Shown here in pieces: positions 40,677-52,700 of a stretch of 61,594 nt of DNA (its first letter is position 1; the number at the start of each line of letters is the position of its first letter). Below the pieces are notes generated by a model. That model did no database searches. It was not told the DNA's origin and was given only the letters and a program-made list of their open reading frames with translations. The stretch is from a virus (taxonomy: Duplodnaviria; Caudoviricetes): IMG/VR virus record IMGVR_UViG_3300021335_001614, positions 1 to 61,594 of that record. One strand, written 5' to 3'. The translations under genes were made by a program, and so were the position numbers.

Positions 40677-43600
40677 TTATAAAACACCGACTGCAATTTC
40701 TATAACTTTGATTTCTGTATCATTGCTAGCTTCTATTGCTTTACCTATTATTGCTCCGCCTATAAATTCTTGTGTTGCTATTGCTACTCCTGCTATATCA
40801 CTAGCAACCAACATGTCACCTTTTTCTACTTTTCCTATGACTAAGCATGGAACACGCCCTTTTAATGCTATAGCTGTGCCATTTTCTAGTTTACTATTCA
40901 TTAAGTATGCAGGATCAGTAGAAACAACACCTATTACTTTCGTAGTTGCTATACCTTTTGCCGCAGTAACTTCTTTATCTCCTCCGAACATCATCACAGT
41001 GCCAGGGGTATAATGTTTGTCTGCCATATACATTTCTGCTAAGTCAGCGTATTGCGCTGCAGTGGCAGTTCCTGCAAATGTTCCTGCATAAACAGTATTC
41101 CATCTAAGAGATGATGATCCAAGGTTTCTTTGGTTGTCAGTACTTGGAAGAAGATTACTATCTGCTCTTCCAGTAAATGTAATTGTATCAGTAGTTTGAT
41201 TACCTAAGTCAACATCTCCTTCAAATGATGCAGTTGAAGTAACAGTTAACCCACTTGTACTTACACTGGTACTTGCAACAAAAGATACTGCATTAGCAGT
41301 AGTAACGTGTAAATTTGCCCATACGTTAGCGGACGATCCTAAATCTTTTGAATTATTACTTCCTGGTTCTAAACTGCCTGCAGTAACATAAGAAGTCAAT
41401 GTAGGCGTCTGTCCTCCTGTGCTTGCATAGAATCTTAAATTACCAGATTCACTACCATTTGCTAGATTGGTTGCTGCAGCATCTATGTATGCAAAATCAA
41501 AATCAGCAGCAGTGCTATCATCATTTCTCCAAATTATAGATCCAATTGAAGTATTAACTGCCTTAGCACCTCCGTCAATTATTATACCAGTGGTAGTATG
41601 ATCGCCAGTTTCTATTGCTTGCGTTGATGTAGCGCCATTGGTTAAAATTTGATCTAATGTTAAAGCAACATCTGCTGTTCCTATGCCTGTAACGTGTCCA
41701 TACGTGTCTAGAGTTATATTAGCAATTACTGTTCCAGCGGCATTATTTGTTGATGCTTGAGAACTTGTATCTGCATGAGAAATAGTGTAACTTGTAGCTT
41801 CGCCTGCTGTGCCAGTTATAGTTAATCCTGCAGTGCTGTCTACTTCGCCTATTGAGATATCTGCTGCATAATTTCCTGTAGTATCTGTTCCTAATGTAAC
41901 AGCATCAGCAACTGGTGAAACAGTAATTTCTACATTACCTAGGTTAGACATCGTTGCAGATCCACTTACTGAACCGGTTATACTTATAGTAGGATCATTA
42001 ACATCAAAATTAAGAACTGCGTTCGCATCATCGTAGGAAACACTTATACCGTTTTCAGAATTACCTACAACCATGCTGCCTATAATATCTTGGACTGCTT
42101 CGTCAACCAATGTCAAAACCACATTGCTTACATCGCCTGAGCCGTCTATTGTAAAACTACCTGTTACGCCTGTTGTAGTTGGTCCATCGTCTGCAAAAGT
42201 TATTGTTCTTGCAGTAGCCCATTTATCTGCAGAAGTTGCATTTCCTTCAAAACCTACAGTAGCAGTTGATTTAAACACAAAGCCGTCCGCATCTAAGTCT
42301 TTATTAATACTCCAACTATCTGTTACACTGTTGTAGTATAATATTGCGTCTGTCAATATGTCGCCAGTATTAACAGTCAAGCCTGCACCATTTGCTTCTG
42401 TTGTAGATGTAGCATTTTTCGCAACTGTTATGTTTAGATCTTCAACCTCTAAAATAGTAGTATTCAAAGTAGTGGTAGATCCTTCGACAGTTAGATTTCC
42501 TGTCACTGTTAGGTTATCATTTATAGTGGTTTCGCCTGTTGCAGAATCTATTATTAAATCTCCTGCAACAGTATCTATTTCATTAGATCCGTTAACAGCA
42601 ATCTGAACATCGCCGATTGTAGCACTATTAAGGATTAAATTACCAGTCCAGGAAGGATGTCCGTTACCGTCAACTGTTAAAATGTCATATTGATTACCTA
42701 TTGCTAAAGTTGAAAGACTAGAACTATATGCATTTCCAGTGGGCAACGCTGTGGCTGCAAAAAGTATGTCACCTGCTGCATATGCAGATAAATTAGTTCC
42801 TCCATGCTCAATTGGCACATCTCTTGATAAGTTTACAGGATTTCGATAATATGATGCAGGTTGTTGCGATAAGTATTTTGCATCAATTTCGCCTCCGTCA
42901 AATGTTGATTTAGTTGTTACTAGACCATCTGATGTTATATTAAAGAAATCAAACGCAAATGCAGCAACACCTACTGTTTCTTCGTTAGCTAAAGGATTAG
43001 CTGGATTTAAATAGCCAGCTTTTTCTATTTTTAAATCTAAATCTCCATAATATATATCATGGAGTCCGTCATTGTAAAAACTTCCTGTAATAGTTAATGG
43101 ATCATTAAGTGTAGTATTTTTTAAGCCTGAAACAGCATACCACCAAGAATTATCTCCCCGTAAATATGTGCTGGTATTTGCACTACCTGTACCTAATCTT
43201 GCAGGATTAATTATACCACTAATGATATTATCTGCGTCAATAGTAGTAGATGTTAAGTTACTCCAACTGGTTTCTAATTGTCCACTTGTATTAGCATCAC
43301 CGGAAATGATAACTGTCTGTTTTCTTAAAGATATATCCCCTGTTCCTAATACTAGATAATTTTGTGATGCAACAACTAAACCATTGGCACTACTCAATGC
43401 CGATCCGCGAGCATCATGTAAAGTAAATGTATTTGTAGTAACACTACCTACAAATAAAAATTCTCCATCTATCATTCCACTTGGCGGGTCTGCTGTTGTA
43501 ACCTTTACAGCATCCCCTGTGCTAAGTCCGTGTGCAGGAATATAAAATCTATCTACATCAATTGAAACATGATCTGTCAGTAAAATATGAGCTGCTTGTC

Positions 43601-46600
43601 CGCCAGGCGCACTCGTTAAATTAACTAGGTTTTGTCCTTGTAAACCATAGTCAGTATATAATTGGATAGTTGTGGCATCAATAACTTTTACATAATAAGT
43701 ATCCTGATTAGTTAAGCCGCCAATTACCTGCGGGTTATTATTTACGTCATATTTTACATGATCACCGTTTACATACGGATGGGCGCTTTGGAATATGATA
43801 TAATCATTTGCTTGGTCTACTCCAGTTACATCTCCTATAAAACTGGTTTGGAAAGAACTACCTTGCGTTACTAAAACTGAAATATCAGTGTCATCTATTA
43901 TAAAATCTAAATTAGTGTTTGTTGCATTGAATTCTAATCCAGCACTTAATTCTAATGTTATATACAGTCTGTTTTCAATATTTGAAATAGCTATTTCTAA
44001 ATCTAAACCGGCAGCAGTCCTTGGTACATAAGCTGCACCAGTTAAAGTAACTTGTGCAGGTGTAGTCGGAACGGTTAGTAATTCGGCTTCAGCATATCCG
44101 TAACCGCCTCTTTTAATATCTATTGTGGTAATTGTGCCTTGAGCGTCTACTGTGACGTCTGCTAGAGCAAACTGGCCGAGCTTAGAACCTGGACTACCAG
44201 TAGCATATACCATTTGCACGTCAACATAATTACCAGGTGTATATCCAGTACCTCCAGGAAGATCATTGATAATATCAAGTCCTGTTAACACGCCTTCTCT
44301 ATATTCGTCTATAGTTGCTACCGCACCACTAACAGCGCCTTGTATCTGTGTTTGATCTAAGATCAATTGACTAAACGTATACGTTTGAGAAGGATCAGTG
44401 ATTAAATATTGTTTTGCACGACTTGTTGTAATGAAATAATTTTCTCTGATTTCACTTGGTCCTGCTATAATTATAGGATAAACACCTTGTGGCGGACCTT
44501 GGTTGTCGACTAAAGGACCGCTTACTGAACCTTGAAGGGTATTAGCAGTTACATTTGTTGTAAAAGTACCAAAGAAAGGTTCGATTAATTTTACTTCTGT
44601 TGCATTTAGATAATTAATTTTAACAATACCACTTGCAATGACAGTACCAAATTCATCAACTTGTTCAAGGACTTCGTCTTTAACAAGCGTGACAGTATAG
44701 TTTGTTGTTAATGTAATTTCGTCATATTCCTCAATTACAATGTCGCCTGCATTTAAGTCTGTTACCGGTATTGTTTCATGTAGTTCAAGTCTACCTTCGT
44801 ATTCTTCAACAATGTAAGCAGTAAAATTTCCTTGTGGTGGAATCAAGTCTGAGTTAATTTGTCCGCTGCTGTTAAGTTGAACAACTGAACTAGGAATGGC
44901 ATTTGCTGATACTTGCTTGTCAATAAAGTCACCTAATCTGTTTTCTAAGAAACTTCTAATTGCCAACTGCGTAATTAATCTACTATTGCTCGGACCTCCA
45001 ATTTCATTATCACCTAATTCTATATCGCCTGAAATTGAACTAACAACTATACCTGAACTTAAACTTAAACTCAAAGAATCTAATTCTCCAATGTTCACTT
45101 TGTTTTTAAAATCAATATTACCAGTTCTATTATAGGCTCTAACAAAGGTACCTACTTTAAAATCACCAATTTCATTTGTTCCCGAGCTATATACTCTTCC
45201 TGGAACAGTGCTTACTTGTTCAAAAAATTCATCCGTTAATCCACCGTTTTGCGGTAAAGCATTATAATCAATACCACTTCCTGCAAATTCCCATGTATGA
45301 GCTGATGAGTTACAAATTGAAGGTCTGTGGAAAAATACCTGTTTGGTTACAGTATTTCCAATATCCTCAATGCCTGTATTTTCTGTAGTTAGTATTTTGA
45401 AATCACTTGTAAATAGATCAGTTCTAGGAGCAGTGCTTAATACCGTTATATCTCCTCCTGGTAAACTATGTAAAGGCCCATTTGGAATTGTAGTTCCTGC
45501 GTCACCTAGATTCCTTACTTGATCATTACCTTCTGTTACATATTCTATACTAACTGTTAATGTTTTTGTGTCGAAATCCCAAGCAGCAACTGCAGCGTTT
45601 ACTACTTTTCCATTTGTGTTAGTTGCTGTAAAAAAGTTACCTACAATTACACCATAATTTACTGTTTGTCCGGCTTCGGTTTCTGGTAAAATCCAATCTT
45701 GATATGTATTATGTGTTTCTATAACTTCTTCTACATAGATATACTCGTCGCCTTTTCTAAAATAATGTGTTCCTGTACAAACTGATGCATCTAAAGTTCT
45801 TACTGGTTTGCCAAAATCCGCATCATGGTATAAAATAATTGAAGTTGGACTTGGAACAGAGACATAATATTTTACTTCATTTAGTAAGCCTACTATTTCT
45901 GCGTCACCGTTTGCATCATATTCTACATAATCTCCTGTAAGGAAATTGTGTGCTGTAGGAAAAGTAATTTGATTTCCTGTTACATTTGTAATATCTGGAT
46001 CTATTGCTTCTGCAAAAACTAAATTATTATTTTCATTAAATAAGAACTGATCAGTTATATCAGCACTACCTTGATTATTTTTTAATCTTAACACGTAATG
46101 TTCTAAAGGTGCTCTTTTTAAACCTAAAACACCAAAAGTCTGGAAGCCTTCGATTTCTAATTGCTTGAATATATATCCACGATCATAAATGAAACTGTTT
46201 TGACTAAATCCTGTTGATCTTAAACTGAAGAGTCCAAAGTTTGATGCAGAGTTTGTAATAGACAAATATCCACCATTTTGTGTTAAACATCCGTTCTCAC
46301 AAAAAATAACGAAGCAACTTACTATCTGTGCATAAGCGTCATTAATTACCCTCCATGCATTACCGCCAAATGATAATATAGTAAATGCATTAGCAACCAT
46401 AGATTTACCTTGTTCGGGTATACCATCTGTTAGGTCTACAGGATTTTCTGCTTCTATGTTTGTGGGTGGTACATTAGGTACATCAACTAAGTTACCGTCA
46501 ATTTCTACACCATTACCACCTAAGAATGAAATTACAGAACAGTTTTGTATATATGGAGAAGTGAATATTTTTGGTCTAGTTACTGGTAAATCACCGTACC

Positions 46601-49433
46601 CTGCTCTACTCGTAGCTGTATCTAAAGGATTGTCAAAACTTACACAATATCTAAAAGTATAATCAGGTGTGCCTGTAGAGTCTAAATGATCTCTAAAAAC
46701 TATGCCTGTGGCATATACACTGTTACGAACTTTGAACATGTCCTTATTTGCATTCTTTGGACGTATAATTGCTCTACGTAAGTTGTCACCTACTATGCTT
46801 ACATTATCAGGTAGAATTAATGGATTATCTTCAATGTAATCACCAGTAGCAACCATAATTGTTACATTGTTAATTTTGTATTCACCATAAACTTTTACCG
46901 GAGCAAGCCCTATATCACCAATAATATCATTTATAAGATCCATGCTTGCTTCTAAGGCAGTAGCTCTAGATCCAGTTAAGTAAGTTGCAGCAAGTGTTTT
47001 GGCATATGCAATTGCGCCTTGTGTTTCTGTTACTTGTCCTACAATATATAGGTTGTTGTTTGCATCGTAATAAGATTCACCTGCAGCAACTGTTCTACTA
47101 TTTCCGCCATAGCGCAGATCATAAATGACACTATCGATTATTTCTTGTACATCTCTATGACATTTAATAGAATCATAAAAATTATATTGAACATTGATAT
47201 AATTTATAACTTCATTTTTTATTAACGATTGATTTTTCTTTATTAAAGCATTTGCTGCATTACGTCTTATATCCGACCATCGAGTATCTGGAAAAATTGT
47301 TCTAGTAATATTGTCTAAGGAATTATCGTTTATCACTTTAATAACAATTTCTATCAATTCTTCTAATCTTAATGCTTCTGTAATAGTAGCATTGTTGCCA
47401 GTAAAATCTTGGGGAGTTACATTTCCTGTTGTAGCAGTTACAGTCTGTCCCTGGACTATCTGTTTAACTATTGCAATCATATGCGTATATGCAGCAGCAG
47501 TTGCAGTTTCTTGACCTACACCTAATTGTCCAGAGGTGCCGACAAAATATGCTTTTGCATTGTTAATCGAGCCAAAATTACCGCCATATAATATATCGTG
47601 TTGTAATGCTTCAAATATATAACCAATGTCTCTTCTACATTTTGCGCTATCATATGTTAAGCTTGGATAATTTTCTGCAATCCAAGCAGTTACTTCATCT
47701 TGAACAAAAAGTACATTTGCATATAGACGGTCTTTAGCATCAACTGCATTTGGAGTTGGTAAAGTTGTTGGTGTTGGATATGCAATTGGATTAATTACTC
47801 CGATGCCATTATCAATTGCATCTCTAATTTGATTTATACCTGCGTTTATATCAGTTAAAGCAGTTGTCCAAATTTCATAATTAGCAATTTGATTTTTTAA
47901 TTCATTTAGGGCACCTATTGTTGTTGTATTTTGGTTTCCTAATGTATAAGCAGCATTGGCTCTATAGTAAGAATTTGCTGCCACAACTTGGTTATAATTT
48001 GTTCCAAGTGCTTGGTCTAATAATACAGCATCTAAGACATAATCCATGTCTCTTCTACATTTGATCGTGTCATAACCAAATGTATTACCATATGTATCTG
48101 CTATATATTTTATTGTTGCATCTGCAATGTCTTTTTTAGCAGCTCTTAATAAGCTGGTTTCATGTTCTACAAGTTCATCTTTCGTAACCGGCTCAAAAAC
48201 CATTCCACCGGCTATTTGAGCAGCCCTTTTAATTGTTCGGACTGGTGCTGTAATTCCGTCATTTTCATCGTCACCGTATTCTTTACTGACATATACTCTG
48301 TTTCCTCCCCATATATCAGCACTTACAAATTCTACAGCACCTTGCCCATTAGTTTTCATAATTTGGTTTACAGAGCCATCAGTTAACGGTAGTTCGTATT
48401 CATTTATTAAAGCTCTTTCGCTAATATGCAGATTTCGCCACTTAAATTCATTTTTACCAATTTCATATGTATCAGTAATTTTAGGAATTATGTTACCATC
48501 TATTTTACTGTAAAGGGTGAATGTATCATCGACAGAGTCGCCAATAGTTATATCCCCCGACAGATCTACCGATTGTTCTAGCTCTAAAGTACCTACCTTT
48601 AGCACATCAATTTCAACAGCAACCGATGGATCAAAAATAACAGTATCGTCTGTTATAGTTACACGCAAAACTCCGTCGGTGTAAAACAACAGCCTGTCGT
48701 CACTAGCTCCTGGAGTTGTTTCTCCTAAAATAAAGTTTTCACCATCTAATGAGCGGACGCCTCCTAGGCTCGACCAACCAGTTCCATTATAACCTTCAAA
48801 ATTGTTTAGTTCATTGTTAAATCGGATTGCTCCTTGTACGTTTGGAGCACGGTTATTTGAATCGCCTACTGGTATTACTAAGCTTGTTGGTGATTCAATC
48901 CTTACAGATCCTAGTCCATTAGGTTGTATTATAATAGATTGATTTACTGCTGTGTTTGATATTGTGTTAACATCTAAACTTAAATTTCCAAAATTTACAT
49001 CTGTAATATCAACAAAACTAAAATTTCCAGCACCATCGGTTTGTAAATATTGGCCAGCTGTACCGTCGTCTATATTTAGATCAAGTAAGCTGTCAGGGAT
49101 GTCTGGTGGTTGAGCAACGTTTTCCCATAAAACGCTAATCGTCTGAAAAGTAAAATTTCCGTCACCATCTGTTCTTAGGAATTGTCCCTCTAAACCATCT
49201 TGTATTCCTAAATCTACCAATCCATTTGGAATAAATGGAGGATCAGCTAGGTCACTATAATTACCAGTAAAGCTAGTTACAGGACCAGTTGGTAGTGTTA
49301 TTGTTCCTGTTACTGTAATATTTTCAACTGAGCAAATATCTGATCCAGTTAAATCTAAACAGTCGTCTATTGGAAGTTCAATAATCCTATTATTATTTTC
49401 TGTGTCAACTACAAGGGGAAATCGTTTTGCCAT
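40677..49433 (-). CDS. giant tail fibre/spike protein, 2918 aa
   Basis: G..GQ.L.TDG.GN repeats, gp36-like segment, beta-helix-like region, FCCH-like repeats, C-terminal ADLAE...GRVPC domain. Confidence 0.8.
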   Translation of the reverse strand: MAKRFPLVVDTENNNRIIELPIDDCLDLTGSDICSVENITVTGTITLPTGPVTSFTGNYSDLADPPFIPNGLVDLGIQDGLEGQFLRTDGDGNFTFQTISVLWENVAQPPDIPDSLLDLNIDDGTAGQYLQTDGAGNFSFVDITDVNFGNLSLDVNTISNTAVNQSIIIQPNGLGSVRIESPTSLVIPVGDSNNRAPNVQGAIRFNNELNNFEGYNGTGWSSLGGVRSLDGENFILGETTPGASDDRLLFYTDGVLRVTITDDTVIFDPSVAVEIDVLKVGTLELEQSVDLSGDITIGDSVDDTFTLYSKIDGNIIPKITDTYEIGKNEFKWRNLHISERALINEYELPLTDGSVNQIMKTNGQGAVEFVSADIWGGNRVYVSKEYGDDENDGITAPVRTIKRAAQIAGGMVFEPVTKDELVEHETSLLRAAKKDIADATIKYIADTYGNTFGYDTIKCRRDMDYVLDAVLLDQALGTNYNQVVAANSYYRANAAYTLGNQNTTTIGALNELKNQIANYEIWTTALTDINAGINQIRDAIDNGIGVINPIAYPTPTTLPTPNAVDAKDRLYANVLFVQDEVTAWIAENYPSLTYDSAKCRRDIGYIFEALQHDILYGGNFGSINNAKAYFVGTSGQLGVGQETATAAAYTHMIAIVKQIVQGQTVTATTGNVTPQDFTGNNATITEALRLEELIEIVIKVINDNSLDNITRTIFPDTRWSDIRRNAANALIKKNQSLIKNEVINYINVQYNFYDSIKCHRDVQEIIDSVIYDLRYGGNSRTVAAGESYYDANNNLYIVGQVTETQGAIAYAKTLAATYLTGSRATALEASMDLINDIIGDIGLAPVKVYGEYKINNVTIMVATGDYIEDNPLILPDNVSIVGDNLRRAIIRPKNANKDMFKVRNSVYATGIVFRDHLDSTGTPDYTFRYCVSFDNPLDTATSRAGYGDLPVTRPKIFTSPYIQNCSVISFLGGNGVEIDGNLVDVPNVPPTNIEAENPVDLTDGIPEQGKSMVANAFTILSFGGNAWRVINDAYAQIVSCFVIFCENGCLTQNGGYLSITNSASNFGLFSLRSTGFSQNSFIYDRGYIFKQLEIEGFQTFGVLGLKRAPLEHYVLRLKNNQGSADITDQFLFNENNNLVFAEAIDPDITNVTGNQITFPTAHNFLTGDYVEYDANGDAEIVGLLNEVKYYVSVPSPTSIILYHDADFGKPVRTLDASVCTGTHYFRKGDEYIYVEEVIETHNTYQDWILPETEAGQTVNYGVIVGNFFTATNTNGKVVNAAVAAWDFDTKTLTVSIEYVTEGNDQVRNLGDAGTTIPNGPLHSLPGGDITVLSTAPRTDLFTSDFKILTTENTGIEDIGNTVTKQVFFHRPSICNSSAHTWEFAGSGIDYNALPQNGGLTDEFFEQVSTVPGRVYSSGTNEIGDFKVGTFVRAYNRTGNIDFKNKVNIGELDSLSLSLSSGIVVSSISGDIELGDNEIGGPSNSRLITQLAIRSFLENRLGDFIDKQVSANAIPSSVVQLNSSGQINSDLIPPQGNFTAYIVEEYEGRLELHETIPVTDLNAGDIVIEEYDEITLTTNYTVTLVKDEVLEQVDEFGTVIASGIVKINYLNATEVKLIEPFFGTFTTNVTANTLQGSVSGPLVDNQGPPQGVYPIIIAGPSEIRENYFITTSRAKQYLITDPSQTYTFSQLILDQTQIQGAVSGAVATIDEYREGVLTGLDIINDLPGGTGYTPGNYVDVQMVYATGSPGSKLGQFALADVTVDAQGTITTIDIKRGGYGYAEAELLTVPTTPAQVTLTGAAYVPRTAAGLDLEIAISNIENRLYITLELSAGLEFNATNTNLDFIIDDTDISVLVTQGSSFQTSFIGDVTGVDQANDYIIFQSAHPYVNGDHVKYDVNNNPQVIGGLTNQDTYYVKVIDATTIQLYTDYGLQGQNLVNLTSAPGGQAAHILLTDHVSIDVDRFYIPAHGLSTGDAVKVTTADPPSGMIDGEFLFVGSVTTNTFTLHDARGSALSSANGLVVASQNYLVLGTGDISLRKQTVIISGDANTSGQLETSWSNLTSTTIDADNIISGIINPARLGTGSANTSTYLRGDNSWWYAVSGLKNTTLNDPLTITGSFYNDGLHDIYYGDLDLKIEKAGYLNPANPLANEETVGVAAFAFDFFNITSDGLVTTKSTFDGGEIDAKYLSQQPASYYRNPVNLSRDVPIEHGGTNLSAYAAGDILFAATALPTGNAYSSSLSTLAIGNQYDILTVDGNGHPSWTGNLILNSATIGDVQIAVNGSNEIDTVAGDLIIDSATGETTINDNLTVTGNLTVEGSTTTLNTTILEVEDLNITVAKNATSTTEANGAGLTVNTGDILTDAILYYNSVTDSWSINKDLDADGFVFKSTATVGFEGNATSADKWATARTITFADDGPTTTGVTGSFTIDGSGDVSNVVLTLVDEAVQDIIGSMVVGNSENGISVSYDDANAVLNFDVNDPTISITGSVSGSATMSNLGNVEITVSPVADAVTLGTDTTGNYAADISIGEVDSTAGLTITGTAGEATSYTISHADTSSQASTNNAAGTVIANITLDTYGHVTGIGTADVALTLDQILTNGATSTQAIETGDHTTTGIIIDGGAKAVNTSIGSIIWRNDDSTAADFDFAYIDAAATNLANGSESGNLRFYASTGGQTPTLTSYVTAGSLEPGSNNSKDLGSSANVWANLHVTTANAVSFVASTSVSTSGLTVTSTASFEGDVDLGNQTTDTITFTGRADSNLLPSTDNQRNLGSSSLRWNTVYAGTFAGTATAAQYADLAEMYMADKHYTPGTVMMFGGDKEVTAAKGIATTKVIGVVSTDPAYLMNSKLENGTAIALKGRVPCLVIGKVEKGDMLVASDIAGVAIATQEFIGGAIIGKAIEASNDTEIKVIEIAVGVL

Positions 49434-49477
49434 ATTTTAAAATCCTAAATTACTTTTTGTATTTATCCTTGTTCTAA

Positions 49478-49708
49478 TTAGGCACCTGTGCCGCTATTTA
49501 ATGTTTTGATTAGAGCTGCTAATCTATCAATTGCTTCTCCGAAGGTTGCAGGTGCTGTATTTGCCCAGTCGTCTACAACAGCTGGATTATATTCTAATGC
49601 TGCATAGTTTTCGTCAAAGTTTTCATTTATCTTTTGGAATGCAGTCCTTAACGGATCACCGTCACCTTTATTTTCACTGGTTCCGATATTTACAGTTTGT
49701 TTTGCCAT
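49478..49708 (-). CDS. small protein with gp9/gp10-like N-terminal motif
   Basis: MAKQTVNIGTSENKGDGDPLRTAFQKINENF. Confidence 0.65.
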   Translation of the reverse strand: MAKQTVNIGTSENKGDGDPLRTAFQKINENFDENYAALEYNPAVVDDWANTAPATFGEAIDRLAALIKTLNSGTGA

Positions 49709-52700
49709 TATAATCTTCCTACTACAATTTCAACAACGCCCTTCCCGTCGTCGGTTTTTTCTCCTACTGCCTTACCTAAGACAGTTCCTATTCGCGGATC
49801 ATTATCAACTATTGCATAACCTGGTATAGCACTGGTTACTAACATATCACCTTTAGCAACCTTACCGATAACTTTACATGGTACACGCCCTTGTAATGCT
49901 AATGGAGTAACATGCTCTCCTTGTAATGCTTCATTCATTAAATGTGCTGGGTTTGTAGAAACTACTCCTGCAACACGTTTATCGCCTTTTGTGCTAGTTA
50001 CAGTAATTTCAGCATCTCCACCAAATACTAATACTGTACCTTCAAAGTATTCGTCGTCTGCTAGGTAATTTTCTGCCAAGTCAGCATATTTTGCCTTTGT
50101 TGCATATCCGCTTAAGACGTTTGCATAGCACGTTCCAAATGGATTTGCTACTGATCCGAGATTTGCTGCATTGAACGCTTCGAAGCTATTTTCATCTATT
50201 CTATACCTATCTTGACCTTTTGACCAAAATACTATACTGTTATTTGTAGCATTTGTAGTTCCACCTGGTCCTAGATAGATATTTGCGCCAACTGAGAGGT
50301 CAGCATCGTTTGAATTAACAACTGTATTAGTGCTTGCAATACCGTTTGTGTAAACATGTGGTGCTGCTAAATATCCAGAACCTGTTTGAATAGTAGTGCC
50401 TGCTGGTGCTGTGTCGTTAACCCTAATTTGCCCTGTACCTCCACTGCTGAAAATATCACGGACTGTCCCTGATTGATTAAATTTAACTTTGCCGCCAAAT
50501 ACAACATCAACCACATTTACAGAGCCAGCTGCATCTCTTTGAACTAAATTACTTGCTGTTGCAGTAGTTGAATATGCAAGGGTGCTCCAACTATCAGCTC
50601 CGGTTTTAATAAGGACACCATTATTTGTAAAATAACTTTTTAAAAGTGCGCCGCCACCGCTAGATATATCAGAAAAACTAATCACTTCTACAGGACCTGA
50701 GTTGGCTGATGTCCTTCCCAAAACAGTGCCTGAATTTATATCTTGCAGTTTTGATAAAATAACCCCACTATTTTTTATAGAAATCCATCCATTATCTGCC
50801 GTAAATTCAGTATCCTTAAAAGAGCTAACACCTAAATCTGCTTGAGTGATACCTGTTGCGTCTGCTCTCGTTGATGCAGCATTTAGAGACAATTTACTTT
50901 GTAATATTCCTGCATCACTTTTAACATCAGCATTTATAATAGAATCTGGTCTAATAGCCATTACTAATCTTGCACTATCTGTTTCTCGAATAGTTGTAAC
51001 AAGGATATCGTTACCTTCACTTGCAAGGCCATTTACAGCATTTGTTAATTCACTATATGAACCACCAACTGAAAATAAGTTTAAAGAATCTATTAGTAAA
51101 AGTCCCCTATCATCTGCAAGACCTGTTCCAGGAGTATAAGTTCCTCCATAAATTGCCGAATCTATATTACTATCAATTGGTCGTAAATTTAAACCATTTC
51201 CTTGATCTTCTTCTTGCAGGCTATAAACAATCTTTCTAACATTACCATATTTGTAGTCGTAATAGGCATAGGATTGGATTATGTCTCCAAATATAGTTGC
51301 ATTCGCAGGATCTGCAGCATTTCTAAGGATTTCTCCATCTAAAAATTCTCCAGTTATATCATCTGTTGTAATATAAATTACATATTTTCCTGTACTTACT
51401 ATGATTTCATTATCAGCTTTTGGTTTTGGACCACTGCTAGGAGACGCCGATATCCTTTCAGCTGGCATAAAATCTTTCATCTTACCAAAGGAATCATACG
51501 TGCCTATATTGCCATCTACATAGTTTTTATTTACAGCATCAGTGCCATTTACCGGTAGCGCAACATCTTGTATTTTGTTTCCGCCCATTCCTAAATCACC
51601 TGCCATTTCTTTTGGGAAAGGTTGGTTCAATCCAGATAATGGAAGGAATCCTGATCCTGGAAATTGTGGATTATTGTGCGGATCTATTCCTAGTACTTGT
51701 GCAATATAACTCCTGACTGCTTTTTCTGTAGGTACAGCTGATCCGCTATCGTCTGACATTGTTTCATCTGCTGAAAATTCGTCTATTGTAACACCTTTTT
51801 TGAATCCTAATGCATTTGCATTTGATATGCCCACTTCTCCACTAAAGGTGATTGCACCTGTTCCTTGGTCAACACTGAAGAATCTACCTACACGGAAAAA
51901 CCCATATTGGTCAGTACTTACCCAAAAAACTCTACCTTTACGTTTTTCCCATACCTGAGCAGATGTTTGTCCACTAGGATCATTACTCCAATAAACATCT
52001 GTTAATGGAATAAGTGGATCGCCTAAAATTACATTAGGATAGTTACTGGTGTTGTATCCTCCAGTTCCAATCTGGGTGAAATCATGCCCTGTTGCACGTA
52101 ATAAGGATATAGCAATTGTAATTTCAGCAGTAGAATTTTCTGCTAGACCTGCTAATATAAACTCGTAGTTTGCTGAAATGTCATCCGCTAATCCTGTACC
52201 TACTCCTGCGATATCAAGTTCGTCTGTAAATTGGATTAAAGCAGAAGGCGTTGTAGGAATAGTAAGTATAGCACTGGTATGGATACCTGGTATAGGTGCG
52301 CCGTTATGGGCAATAGCTATTGTGTTATCAAACGTTCCTGTAACGTCATACACTTCTATATCAGCACCAGTATGAGCATAGGCAACTTTTGCACTAAAGC
52401 CGTTTGTTTGTGTTATATTGTCGTCTTTTACTACTGTAATAACGCTTCCTAAATTTTGTATTTCTTCTACAACAGAATATTTTGTTACTCTATGCGATCT
52501 TCCTTTAAATGAAAATATTTTTGGACTTATTGCGTCTACTATTCTTACATCGTCTGTATAAGTACCTCCTGAAGAAAGCGGTAAAATAGAAAGCCAATCA
52601 TTCCCTGTTAAATTATATCCATTGCCTGTTTGCGTATGGAATATTTCTAAATTGATAAAGTCAAAATTGTTTTCAAGGGTAACTCTAATTTCATCAGCTG

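Noticed and set aside
40677-50100. Diversity-generating retroelement TR/VR pair at the two fibre C-termini
   Set aside because: The similarity is protein-level paralogy, differences do not appear adenine-specific, and no reverse transcriptase is in the window.
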